A stretch of DNA of 64,000 nucleotides, taken from assembly GCA_039178835.1 (NCBI GenBank), contig JBCDFA010000001.1:15500-79499 (forward strand), given 5' to 3'. The stretch comes from Chloroflexota bacterium (lineage in GTDB: Bacteria > Chloroflexota > Chloroflexia > Chloroflexales > Roseiflexaceae). The notes beneath the pieces were generated by a model. It ran no database searches. It was not told the origin of the DNA and saw only the letters and a program-made list of their open reading frames with translations. Position numbers and translations under genes: made by a program. Shown piece after piece: positions 38,639 through 47,844 of this stretch (position 1 is the stretch's first letter; each line of letters opens with the position of its first letter).

Positions 38639-39866
38639 GCCTTGTCTCCTTTGTCCATTGCAGAAGAAGTGATGGGTAGATTTGTTCAGTTAAGAGACGA
38701 CGATATACTGTGTTTCGGCGAGAGCTATTGAGCAGTGGTTGGATGAGATGTTGACCGTGAGAGTAGGTGAAAGCATACGTATCCATCAATGGTCGCTTCA
38801 TGACATCAAGGAACTTACGTGCACGTTCTTCTGGTTTGATCGTGTAATGCATCAAGTAACGTATGATATCTTCATCGGATTGCCCTTCGCGCAGCATAAA
38901 GACCGCATTACCCCATGCCTTTTGTGCCTGCGCCATAGCATGATTCAGTTTTACCAGGTCGACACCATCCTGCCATTCCATGCCTGCCTGTGGGTAGAAT
39001 TGTTCCGCCAGCAGTGTCTCTGCCTCACCGGGGCCAAAAATAATGTCCAGTGCAACCATGGCAATTCCTTCGGCAATAACGAGTTGTGGTGTATGAATGA
39101 GAAATATGGATTGTTCCAAATAGTGCTGTTTTCGGTAGAGCACCTGCTCTTTCATCACCGATTCGGTATGGTGACCGGGATATATTTCGTGACAGATTAA
39201 AAATGGCAGTCGTGCGAGGTTGATCGGGAGATCGGTATTGAACTCTGCACGGGAATGGAAATTGCCCAGATACCAATTAGCTGCACCACCAGATGTGTTT
39301 TGTACAAGTTGTATATCGACCCCTTCTGCTTCAGGTAAGTCGATGATTGTCTGAGTACGCTTTTGTGTTTCAACCGCCATCTGTTTTAACAAGTCTGGCA
39401 GGAGATGATTGTGTGTAGGCGGTAGCTCGTTTTGCTTCTGCCAGGTGAGATATCGTTCTACAAGTGGCGTATTGCCAGGAATGGCGTCGGCAAACAACTC
39501 ACGGTTCTGTTCGAGGTGTTCTTCCGGGATGCGTTGGGGACAAATATCAAAGCAGCGTTCAATTTCTTCTTCCAGAGCAAATGTTTCACCGTTTAGTTTT
39601 CGCGTGATGGTTTCGATTGCCTGCACCTGTTTCTCAAGGTAGTTTGCACGTTGTGTTTCAAATTGCTGCAATGGAAGAGAATCCAGAAGGTGTGTCGCTT
39701 CTCGGAGGAGGTTCAATGGCTCTGGGTCAGGTTCGGTGTCTACATCTGCTTTCCACTCAGGTGGGCCATAGTAGTAATCAACAAACCAACTTCCGGTGGT
39801 TCGCTGCAATACTTTGTCAATTCGTAAGCCTAGTTGTATGTAATTTTGAAGCCAGTCATTGTTCAT
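38625..39866 (-). CDS. DUF885-like putative metalloprotein (HEIYPGHH motif)
   Basis: 413 aa. CHEIYPGHHTE resembles the HE..PGHH.Q signature I associate with DUF885. Its stop overlaps the rhodanese start by 14 nt. Confidence 0.55.
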   Translation of the reverse strand: MNNDWLQNYIQLGLRIDKVLQRTTGSWFVDYYYGPPEWKADVDTEPDPEPLNLLREATHLLDSLPLQQFETQRANYLEKQVQAIETITRKLNGETFALEEEIERCFDICPQRIPEEHLEQNRELFADAIPGNTPLVERYLTWQKQNELPPTHNHLLPDLLKQMAVETQKRTQTIIDLPEAEGVDIQLVQNTSGGAANWYLGNFHSRAEFNTDLPINLARLPFLICHEIYPGHHTESVMKEQVLYRKQHYLEQSIFLIHTPQLVIAEGIAMVALDIIFGPGEAETLLAEQFYPQAGMEWQDGVDLVKLNHAMAQAQKAWGNAVFMLREGQSDEDIIRYLMHYTIKPEERARKFLDVMKRPLMDTYAFTYSHGQHLIQPLLNSSRRNTVYRRLLTEQIYPSLLLQWTKETRHDAG

Positions 39867-39876
39867 GTTTCCCCTC

Positions 39877-40503
39877 TCAGTGATCAGGTGTTAATCGCCA
39901 CGAGTGGAGCAATTCCCACTGTAGGGTGTGCCACCATGCGCCGTTCCAATTTTCGCTGGTAAAGGCAAACAGTTGCAAGGTGTGGGCCACGAAACTGGCT
40001 GGCCCAATCGGTTTCGCTTCGCGCACAAAATCCAGAATCTCGTCAAAGAATTGGGGTGGGATGTCCGCCATAGCCAGGGTCAGGTGGGCGTCGAAGTGCT
40101 CACCATTCCACTCGCGAGGTGTGAAATCGCATGCTGAGTGGACCAATGACAGAAGGACATCAAGTGTTGTCTGATGCAGGGCTTGCAGCGACTCGTTGCG
40201 AGTACCGTCTGGCATGCCTTTGATACGAATAGCAATGCCACCTTTCCCATATGCTTGTACACCGTTGTTGTAGGCGGTAAAGGGCTGATGTTGCACTATT
40301 ACTGGGGTCAGGCGAGCCACGATCTCGTCAGGTGATGCATCGGAGCGAAAGAAGCCCTTCATTGTTGCGTGCGGCATAAACTTCCCGGCTGTTTGCAAAC
40401 CATACTGTTGCAATAAAAGCTGGTGCATTTCAACCTGGGCACGACACATCGCAAAAGAAGGGCGTAAATAAAAGCCGTAGCGTGTATTTTCCATATAATA
40501 CAC
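39877..40503 (-). CDS. 2H phosphoesterase superfamily protein (DUF1045 / 2',5'-RNA-ligase-like)
   Basis: 208 aa. Two HxT motifs in the expected spacing and context (PHATMKGFF and DAHLTLAMA), with an N-terminal RYGFYLRP. Confidence 0.65.
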   Translation of the reverse strand: MYYMENTRYGFYLRPSFAMCRAQVEMHQLLLQQYGLQTAGKFMPHATMKGFFRSDASPDEIVARLTPVIVQHQPFTAYNNGVQAYGKGGIAIRIKGMPDGTRNESLQALHQTTLDVLLSLVHSACDFTPREWNGEHFDAHLTLAMADIPPQFFDEILDFVREAKPIGPASFVAHTLQLFAFTSENWNGAWWHTLQWELLHSWRLTPDH

Positions 40504-40518
40504 ATCCTTCTCTCAATA

Positions 40519-41805
40519 TTAGGCGCGTCGGTATTGTGGTGCGACGCGTTCGTCTGCGGAAACATCATCAAGGTTGGCAATAGCGAGTTCGCCGCGCTGG
40601 TCGAGATACTCGATGTGTGCGCCGACTTCGGTGAGTGCTAACAGGATGTTATAGCCATCCAGTTTGGCGTATATTTCCCGTGACAGGTCTTTGATCGTGT
40701 GTGGTGTGGCGCAGATATCCAGAATACGTTTGAGCTTGTGCTGGTGTGATTGCGTAATGGCGTTGATACGCTCATTAAGTGTTTCGATAGGTTGCTCGTG
40801 CCCGGCCAGCGCCAGACGAATATTTGGCACCTCGGCTATTTTTTGTAGAGATTGGAAGTAGTGATCGAGTCCATTCCAGGGTGTCAAGCTTTCGGGTGAG
40901 ATATGTGGTGAAGTGCGCCACAGGATGTGATCGGCACTAAACAACACATCCTCTAGTTGTAGACAGACCTGTCCAGGGCAGTGACCGGGAGTGTGGTACA
41001 CGCGGAACAGGCCATCGAGCAGGTCGCCGTCGTGGAGAATGGTCGAGATATCGATGGAGCGGAAGAGCCCTTTGCTCCAGGCATACATGCCCATAAGCGT
41101 CTTGTGGCTCTCTTCCGAAACACCGGCACGCCACAAAAATGACGAAAGCGCTCGACTTGCTAATACCAGACGCTCCTGATGGTTGACCAGTACGCGACGG
41201 TCGAGTTCGTGAACGGCCACCGGGGCATTGGCGTGCGATACGACAAAGCCGAGACCTCCATAATGATCGATGTGAGAATGTGTGATGATGATGCGCTTGA
41301 AATCCGCCCAGTCGAGAGTCTCATTCCACTCCTCCCGCAGTGTGGCTAGCCCTGCCTGGAGTTGTTTATTGCTTTCTTCGAGACCACTGCCCGTGTCGAT
41401 GAGGGCAATGTAGTCACCTGCAATAACGACATGAATATTCGTAACTAACTGTGGGAATGTCCGAATCGGAATGCGGTATATTCGCACACCGCCAGTGGTT
41501 TCAAAACGTGCGATGGTTCCTGTCGACACAGTAGATAAACTTTCGTAACTAGAAACGATATCGGGCCAACAGTATACACCTTTTTGGTGTTGAGCGACAA
41601 AAGTGTGAAGGGCCTTTTCAGGGTTGTAGTCGTGTGCCAAGTGATCTGGCTGCGTCAGCCAATGGTTTGAGGTTAGCGTCGGTTGCGAGTTCGATGGCAG
41701 TGTCAAGAAGGGGCAGTGAAGCGGGGGCGCTATCAAAATCGCGTTCGATACGGATGATCTCGATAACGGTTCGCACATATTCAGGGAGCAAGCTGCGTCG
41801 GGCAC
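40519..41805 (-). CDS. Metallo-beta-lactamase-fold hydrolase with a C-terminal helical extension
   Basis: Contains HxHxDH (THSHIDHYGG) and HTPGH. The longest ORF overlaps the upstream regulator by 188 nt, so the real start is probably internal (for example GTG at 41529, VSTGTIARFETTGGVRIY). Confidence 0.82.
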   Translation of the reverse strand: MPDAACSLNMCEPLSRSSVSNAILIAPPLHCPFLTLPSNSQPTLTSNHWLTQPDHLAHDYNPEKALHTFVAQHQKGVYCWPDIVSSYESLSTVSTGTIARFETTGGVRIYRIPIRTFPQLVTNIHVVIAGDYIALIDTGSGLEESNKQLQAGLATLREEWNETLDWADFKRIIITHSHIDHYGGLGFVVSHANAPVAVHELDRRVLVNHQERLVLASRALSSFLWRAGVSEESHKTLMGMYAWSKGLFRSIDISTILHDGDLLDGLFRVYHTPGHCPGQVCLQLEDVLFSADHILWRTSPHISPESLTPWNGLDHYFQSLQKIAEVPNIRLALAGHEQPIETLNERINAITQSHQHKLKRILDICATPHTIKDLSREIYAKLDGYNILLALTEVGAHIEYLDQRGELAIANLDDVSADERVAPQYRRA

Positions 41806-44800
41806 TGTAATCCAGTGTGTGGCGGAGGATGGCCTGAGTCTGTTTCATATCACTACGAAGGGCGGCCAGTCGTGCGCGACCATGCTGGGCAGTAACATAC
41901 ACAAAGCCATAGAGCAGTTGTGGTGATGTGAGAGCTTCCTGTAATAGATTGGTTGCTGGTTTCAACTGGCCATTTTTAAGTGCAAGTAAGCCCAGGGCGG
42001 CCTGAACGCTGGTGCGGTGCGATTGAAAAGCGGGGAAATTGGCAAGTTGTGCCGACATCGTCTCGAAGCGTTCCTGTGCCAGATCGAATTGGTCATCCAG
42101 CAGCCAGAGAAAGCCCTGATGGATGCGTGGCCAGATCGAGGCCCATGCCGCCTCGGGTGCCTGTTGTGCCAGATCAAGACTTTGGGCCAGGTGGCGCTCA
42201 CGCTCAATGAAGTCTCCGCGTAGTGCATGCAGGTGAGCAAGCTGGAGTGCACTGACGACGGCAGCGGCAGCCTGGCCCGTTTCAATAGCTAATTCGTGTG
42301 ATTTTTGCAGACACGGATCGGCTCCTTCCAGCAGCCCCTGCATGAGCGCCGCCCAGCCGACCTGGAATAATGCCAGTACGGCCTCATCGTCACCAAGATA
42401 TTCGGGCAATTCGAGGGTTGGTTTTCCTGGTACGGGAGAAGCAGCAACAAACGGCGTCCACGTGGTTACACCAGCAGTGGCAACTGGCTGAAGAATAGTT
42501 GCTGTACGTGCCAGCATATCTACGAGAATGGGATGGGACGTTGGTTGTGATGCATCGTCGGAGGGGGTAGTAGCTACAGGAACACGTTGCCTGTTTTCCA
42601 GAAAGACACTCATGGCAGATGCCCCGGCCAGATCGCCCATGAGTGCCCGCAGCAGCAGCAGTCGGCGTGGTGTTACCAGAGGGGGCAGTGGCTCGCTTTG
42701 CTCTGCTGCCCAGTCATCGTATGCTGTGGCGGTATTTGTGATCCCATCAAGGTCGAGCAAGGTTTCATAGGTGATCAGGCGGCCTTTGAATGCACGACGA
42801 ACGTTTTCTAATGGCGCATCAGGACCGAGTGATTGTGCACTCTGGAGGGCTAAGTCGTAGTGATTGAGGGCCTGTGCATAGCCAAAGGCCCGCCGTGCTT
42901 GATCACCTGCTATGACTGCGTAATGCAGGGTATTGGCCTCGGTACCACGACCGGATTTGTGAAAGTGAAAGGCTAATTCAGCAGCATACTCGGATTTGGT
43001 GTGGTGGATATTTGCAATAGCTTCAGCCGCATGACGGTGAAGTTGGCGGCGACGTGGTGAAGAGAGCGACGCCACGATCACCGAGCGCATGAGATCGTGG
43101 CCCAGTTCCAGTCGTCCACCAGGGTTTTCGATCAGCAGTCCTCGTTGGAGCAGCGTGTTCGCGAGATCCAGCGCATCTGTTCCGGCAAGTTGTTCCACAA
43201 GATCGAGTGATACAGGTCGACCAATGATGGCTAATTGTTCGAGTAACAGGCGTGCTTCTTCAGCCAAACGTTCGAGCCGCGATAGCATAATATCGCGGAT
43301 TTGTGGTGCCGTAGTAAGCTCCGGTATTGGTACTGAGTCGATCTCTGGGAGCAGTGACGTCAGCGAGGTAACGTTGTGATCTTCGAGCAATGATTGTATT
43401 GCGACAATCACAAAGAGCGGATTACCGCTGGTACGCGTTGCGAGTCGTTCTGCCGTGTTGGTAAGCTGGGTTGGTTCTGCGTGAGACAACTCGGCGAGTA
43501 GGTGCGCGATATCTTTTGGCGTAAAGCGTGTCAGGAGCAGTGGCCGCAACAAGTTTTCACGTCCAAGTGTGCGTAACAGGGTATGGAGGGCTGGATTTTC
43601 GCCTAACTCTTCGGAGCGATATGCCAGTATAACAAGCAATGAGCGGCGGGCAGCGCGACGGGCCAGGCGACCAAGAGTGGTGAGTGTGGCCTCATCAATC
43701 CACTGGGCATCGTCGCAGACAAGTACCAGGGGCTGTTGACGCGCAATGGCCAGTGCAATATCGACCAGTCCATCAAGGAGTTGTTCGTGGCGCTCGGTCG
43801 GTGAAACAGATAGTGGTGGTGGGAGATCAGGAATACGCTCGCGGAGTATTGGCAGAAGTTCAGCAACCTGTGCGACGGCTGTTGAGGGCAAGCGGCGCAG
43901 GAGTGACTCTGGTGCGGCGCGGATCAGGGGGCGTAGCGCTTCACTCAACTGTGCAAACGGTAGTACGCGCTCAAGCGCTGCAGCACGCACGGTAATGACA
44001 AGGGCGCCCTGAGCAATGGCCAGTTGCCGCCCTTCTTCGACCAACCGTGTTTTGCCAATACCAGCTTCACCAACGATGGTTATGACCCCGCCGTTGCCCT
44101 GTACAAACGTGCCAATCCATTCGCGTAAGGAACGCAACTCACGTGTACGACCCACGAAGGGAAGTGGTGCTGTACGTGGTGTCATCAAGGCAGGGCGTGA
44201 GGAGGCCAGATACAGTCCTTTTTCGCCACGAATGGTTTCTTCTTCTCCACGTAAAATTGCACTGTGGAGTTCCCGTGTCTGGAGTGAGGGTTCGGCACCA
44301 AGGGCTTCGCTCAGGTCGTTGCGATAGCGTTCATAGCTGCGCAGTGCGCCTGCATTATCGCCGGCCAATGCCTGAGCACGCATGAGTAGTCGGTAAAGTA
44401 GTTCGCGTAGTGGGTCGCGCATCAATCCCTGCTGTGCAAGGCTAATGGCTATCGCATATTCACCCCGTGCAATGTGTAGTTCAACAAGCGTTTGGAGGGC
44501 GTGCAGATAGGCTTCTCGTAGCCGTTCGCGTTCAGCAATGCTCCAAGGACTGTCCAATTCATCTTCGAGGTAATCACCGCGGTACAGCTCTATGGCACGA
44601 GTTAATGTTGCAATTTGATACTCTTCATCTTTGGGCGAGAGGTTGTGAATATGGTTTGCTGTAAATCGTTCCTCATTTGTCCGGTTGGGATCACTTCCAG
44701 CTGCCTGGAGATTGGACATGAAGTCATCAACATCGATCCATGCATCGCTGTCAGTATTCCAGGCATAACTGCCGTGACGCGTCACAATATAGCGTGAGGA

Positions 44801-45064
44801 AGCCCGTGGTGGTTTATCAGGCTCAAGCATGTGACGGAGATGGCTGATTGAACTTCGTAGTGTGGTAGAGACAGTGTGTGGTTCTGCCTCTGGCCAGAGC
44901 CATTCGATGAGCCGTTCTGCGGGGACACTGTTGCCACGTGATGTCAGCAGGATCGTCAACAGGCGGCGTTGCTGGCGTGATCGCCACGCTGAATCGGGGA
45001 GGCGTGTACCGTTGTGATGCACAACTAATGGACCAAGCAGCGCAATTTCCAGATTGCTAGACAT
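41618..45064 (-). CDS. SARP/BTAD-family transcriptional regulator fused to an AAA/STAND ATPase and TPR-like repeats
   Basis: 1148 aa. OmpR-type winged helix at the N-terminus, then a BTAD segment (ELYRGDYLED...). Walker A is GEAGIGKTRL and Walker B is LVLVCDDAQWID. A long helical-repeat C-terminus follows. Confidence 0.9.
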   Translation of the reverse strand: MSSNLEIALLGPLVVHHNGTRLPDSAWRSRQQRRLLTILLTSRGNSVPAERLIEWLWPEAEPHTVSTTLRSSISHLRHMLEPDKPPRASSRYIVTRHGSYAWNTDSDAWIDVDDFMSNLQAAGSDPNRTNEERFTANHIHNLSPKDEEYQIATLTRAIELYRGDYLEDELDSPWSIAERERLREAYLHALQTLVELHIARGEYAIAISLAQQGLMRDPLRELLYRLLMRAQALAGDNAGALRSYERYRNDLSEALGAEPSLQTRELHSAILRGEEETIRGEKGLYLASSRPALMTPRTAPLPFVGRTRELRSLREWIGTFVQGNGGVITIVGEAGIGKTRLVEEGRQLAIAQGALVITVRAAALERVLPFAQLSEALRPLIRAAPESLLRRLPSTAVAQVAELLPILRERIPDLPPPLSVSPTERHEQLLDGLVDIALAIARQQPLVLVCDDAQWIDEATLTTLGRLARRAARRSLLVILAYRSEELGENPALHTLLRTLGRENLLRPLLLTRFTPKDIAHLLAELSHAEPTQLTNTAERLATRTSGNPLFVIVAIQSLLEDHNVTSLTSLLPEIDSVPIPELTTAPQIRDIMLSRLERLAEEARLLLEQLAIIGRPVSLDLVEQLAGTDALDLANTLLQRGLLIENPGGRLELGHDLMRSVIVASLSSPRRRQLHRHAAEAIANIHHTKSEYAAELAFHFHKSGRGTEANTLHYAVIAGDQARRAFGYAQALNHYDLALQSAQSLGPDAPLENVRRAFKGRLITYETLLDLDGITNTATAYDDWAAEQSEPLPPLVTPRRLLLLRALMGDLAGASAMSVFLENRQRVPVATTPSDDASQPTSHPILVDMLARTATILQPVATAGVTTWTPFVAASPVPGKPTLELPEYLGDDEAVLALFQVGWAALMQGLLEGADPCLQKSHELAIETGQAAAAVVSALQLAHLHALRGDFIERERHLAQSLDLAQQAPEAAWASIWPRIHQGFLWLLDDQFDLAQERFETMSAQLANFPAFQSHRTSVQAALGLLALKNGQLKPATNLLQEALTSPQLLYGFVYVTAQHGRARLAALRSDMKQTQAILRHTLDYSARRSLLPEYVRTVIEIIRIERDFDSAPASLPLLDTAIELATDANLKPLADAARSLGTRLQP

Positions 45065-45364
45065 AGGTGATCCTGTGATTGCCCACTAGTGTATCCTGAT
45101 TCCAGTGCACGCATGCCGCAGTGCATCATGAGTATACCATTTTTGTGTCTTTTGTGCAGCCTGCTCATGCTTTGTTTTTGTCTCATCAAGTATATAGTAT
45201 ACTAATTGTAACCGGACCTGTGTTAAAGCGACATATTCATAGGCGATGAGGAGGGTCTTCTGTTTACCAGATTGTTGGTATGTGTGAGCAATGTTGGTTG
45301 CATACAATCATGGTAGATACTCCTATAATGAGACGCCTTGTCATCGCATAGACAGGGGTTTTTT

Positions 45365-46312
45365 ATGACATTCGTTGACACAATGATGTTGCCCGACGAA
45401 GTTCGTTTGATTGATGATCATCATCTCGATAGACCCGGCGTGATTGGAACCTATGTCCTGCTTGGTGATGAGCCAGCACTTGTTGATCCAGGGCCTGCCA
45501 CTGTTCTTCCCCATCTTGAAGCCGGATTGCAGAAAATCGGGCTCACATTTGCTGATATTCGTGCGGTGCTGTTGAGCCATATCCATCTTGACCATGCTGG
45601 TGCTACTGGTACGATTGTTGCCGCTCATCCACATATCAAGGTTTATGTCCATCAGCGTGGGGCACCACACATGGTTGCACCAGAGCGACTTCTGCGTAGT
45701 GCCACGCGGCTGTACGGAGATATGATGGATTATCTCTGGGGTGAGTTTCGTGCCGTTCCGGAGGACAATGTTATACCGCTGAGTGGTGGTGAGACGCTAA
45801 CATTTGGCTCACGTAAGCTACACGTCTATGATGCACCAGGCCATGCATCACATCATGTGGTGTATTTTGAAGAAGCCACTGGTGCTGCGTTTATCGGCGA
45901 CAATGGTGGAGTTTGTCTGCCTGGTGCGTCGCATGCGCGTCCAGCTTCTCCACCACCTGATATTGACGTTGAGGCATGGGTTCAAACTCTCAATATGGTG
46001 TTGGATCTTCAACCAAAGTGGTTATTGCTCACGCATTTTGGTGCGATGGACAATCCTACAGCATACGTTGACGATTACCGCACACGCTTGATCCAGTGGG
46101 CCGATATGGTACGTGAAGGAATGCTGAGTGGTGTTGATGAAGCGACACAGGTTGCCCAGTTGCAGGCACGTGCTGATGCTGATCTGGGCGCTTCTGCCGA
46201 GAGTGAGCTAGGGGTACGTTACGAACAGGCAATCTCGCTTGAACAGACCTGGCAGGGATTAGTTCGTTATTGGAACAAGCGTATAGAGCGTGAGCGTTCA
46301 GCAGAAGGCTAG
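45365..46312 (+). CDS. Metallo-beta-lactamase-fold hydrolase
   Basis: Contains HxHxDH (LSHIHLDHAG) and APGHASHH. ATG at 45365, with the ORF open from TTG at 45338. It is divergent from the SARP regulator. Confidence 0.85.
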   Translation: MTFVDTMMLPDEVRLIDDHHLDRPGVIGTYVLLGDEPALVDPGPATVLPHLEAGLQKIGLTFADIRAVLLSHIHLDHAGATGTIVAAHPHIKVYVHQRGAPHMVAPERLLRSATRLYGDMMDYLWGEFRAVPEDNVIPLSGGETLTFGSRKLHVYDAPGHASHHVVYFEEATGAAFIGDNGGVCLPGASHARPASPPPDIDVEAWVQTLNMVLDLQPKWLLLTHFGAMDNPTAYVDDYRTRLIQWADMVREGMLSGVDEATQVAQLQARADADLGASAESELGVRYEQAISLEQTWQGLVRYWNKRIERERSAEG

Positions 46313-46694
46313 CATTTGCTCAAGATTTACTGCACATACTATGCACTTGTTTTGTCAAAATGCTGTTGGGTCAGTGACAAGCTTTTGCAATTCTTATGTT
46401 ACAATACAGACGTATACAAAAACAACCTACAAGCGCATAGTATGAATTTCAGTAAAAGATGCACTGATGTATCTTGGCTGTATGGCACAGAAATTCCAAC
46501 GGCGGCAACACAATCCTGAGCTTAATTAGCGCACAATAGCGTGCAACTGTGTATTTGCAGAATGCAGATAACACCATCTACAGATGCCGTCTATATGACC
46601 TTGTTCAGTTTGTAATAAGTATTCTGGACACCACGTATTCGTGTTACAGAGAGGTGACCTTTTACTCCGATAAAATTATCACGGATAAGGAAGA

Positions 46695-47630
46695 TTGCGA
46701 ATGGCCGACCGAGTGCTTTGCCAATCGACATTGGAGAACCGCTTTGCTCGTTGGGAAACATTGCGTGCAGCAGTCGATGACCTAGTGCGTCAACGACCAC
46801 AATTGCTCTCCCACCATTCTGACCAACCAACTCAACCATATGTTTACGAAATCTATGATCGTGGTCTACAGTCTGTTCCGATCTATATGATTGTGGATCA
46901 AGTACACTCATACGATGACATTAATCAACGGTTGAAGGCTGGTAACCATAGTAGAATACGGAATCGATCACAAAATAGATCTCGTAATGATGCAGTCGCT
47001 TTAGCACCAGTAACGTTGTATAAAGTTGGTGAAACATATTTCGTAAAGGATGGTAATAAGCGGGTGCAATTTGCTCGTTCCCGTGGGCAGGTTTTTCTTC
47101 CTGCATATGTTACTGAGTATGTGATTGACTCGGCGTTGGATGGACTAGCTGATGCACGGCGTATTTTATTGTATGAAGAGCGCCAGCGTTTTTTGGAAAC
47201 AACCAAATTGCTGACTTCACGTCCAACACACATGGTTCATTGTACGCTTCTTGGGGGATATCCCAAACTCATCCAACATATCAATGTCTATCGTGAAGAG
47301 TTGCAAACCGAGTGGAATCGATATATTCCACGGCATATTGCTGCCGCGAGTTGGTACGACACTGTTTACATGCCAATTGTTCATATGGTTCGTCGGCAAC
47401 ATATTGTGTCGTATCTCGATAGTTGTGTTGAGGGAGATATTTATCTCTGGAGTATGGAATATTACTCACGTTTGTCCGAAGCAGAACAACGAGTAACGTC
47501 CACAGAAATCTCCACTCAGTCAACCATAACAGTACGAAATCAACTGAGAGGAGCCCTGAGCACGGTTATACAACTTGGCAGGGCTCTGCGGAATGATTAT
47601 GGTGGAGTGCATCCATACAGCATAGAGTAG
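46695..47630 (+). CDS. ParB/Srx-fold (ParB-like nuclease domain) protein, DUF4032-like
   Basis: 311 aa. LQSVPIYMIV ... LAPVTLYKVGETYFVKDGNKRVQFARSRG matches the 'DG.HR' ParB-like core, here DGNKR. The start codon is uncertain. Confidence 0.55.
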   Translation: MRMADRVLCQSTLENRFARWETLRAAVDDLVRQRPQLLSHHSDQPTQPYVYEIYDRGLQSVPIYMIVDQVHSYDDINQRLKAGNHSRIRNRSQNRSRNDAVALAPVTLYKVGETYFVKDGNKRVQFARSRGQVFLPAYVTEYVIDSALDGLADARRILLYEERQRFLETTKLLTSRPTHMVHCTLLGGYPKLIQHINVYREELQTEWNRYIPRHIAAASWYDTVYMPIVHMVRRQHIVSYLDSCVEGDIYLWSMEYYSRLSEAEQRVTSTEISTQSTITVRNQLRGALSTVIQLGRALRNDYGGVHPYSIE

Positions 47631-47655
47631 TTTTGCTTGGGACTGCCTATGATAC

Positions 47656-47684
47656 TTGCCTCGCTTCCTGTGCTATGGTACAAT
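47656..47684 (+). promoter_or_regulatory. Promoter of tRNA-Leu with an extended -10
   Basis: TTGCCT (47656-47661), a 17-nt spacer, then TGgTACAAT (-10 at 47679-47684). It ends 12 nt before the tRNA 5' end. Confidence 0.55.
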
Positions 47685-47696
47685 CGTCTGGTGTAC

Positions 47697-47780
47697 GGGG
47701 ACGTGGCGAAATGGCAGACGCGCAAGTCTTAGGAACTTGTGGAGCAATCCGTGAGGGTTCGACTCCCTCCGTCCCCACCA
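47697..47780 (+). tRNA. tRNA-Leu (anticodon TAG), long variable arm, CCA encoded
   Basis: GGGGACGTGGCGAAATGGCAGACGCGCAAGTCTTAGGAACTTGTGGAGCAATCCGTGAGGGTTCGACTCCCTCCGTCCCCACCA. Anticodon stem CAAGT/ACTTG with loop CTTAGGA, and T-loop GGTTCGACTCC. Confidence 0.95.
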
Positions 47781-47785
47781 GACAC

Positions 47786-47817
47786 AAAAAACACAGCCTT
47801 AAGGCTGTGTTTTTTTA
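47786..47817. terminator. Bidirectional rho-independent terminator shared by tRNA-Leu (+) and fprA (-)
   Basis: AAAAAACACAGCC-TTAA-GGCTGTGTTTTTTT. The GC-rich 8-bp stem is flanked by an A-run and a T-run. It sits between the tRNA end (47780) and the fprA stop (47845). Confidence 0.7.
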
Positions 47818-47844
47818 TTGCAGCAGTCAATATAGAGTTTGTTG

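Noticed and set aside
41530-41805. A genuine 188-nt overlap between the MBL gene and the SARP regulator
   Set aside because: The N-terminal 90 residues or so of the longest ORF look non-globular and lie in an alternative frame of the regulator's conserved C-terminus. An internal GTG at 41529 gives a typical MBL N-terminus, so I treat the long overlap as an ORF-calling artefact.
45086-45307. A 73-aa ORF between the SARP regulator and the MBL gene
   Set aside because: It lies in the AT-rich divergent promoter region, has no RBS and shows a biased composition. It is most likely non-coding control DNA.
46316-46785. Short ORFs of 67 aa and 78 aa in the AT-rich stretch upstream of the ParB-like gene
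   Set aside because: They have no ribosome-binding sites, are Cys/Tyr/Leu-rich as expected from AT-rich random sequence, and overlap the likely leader of the downstream gene.
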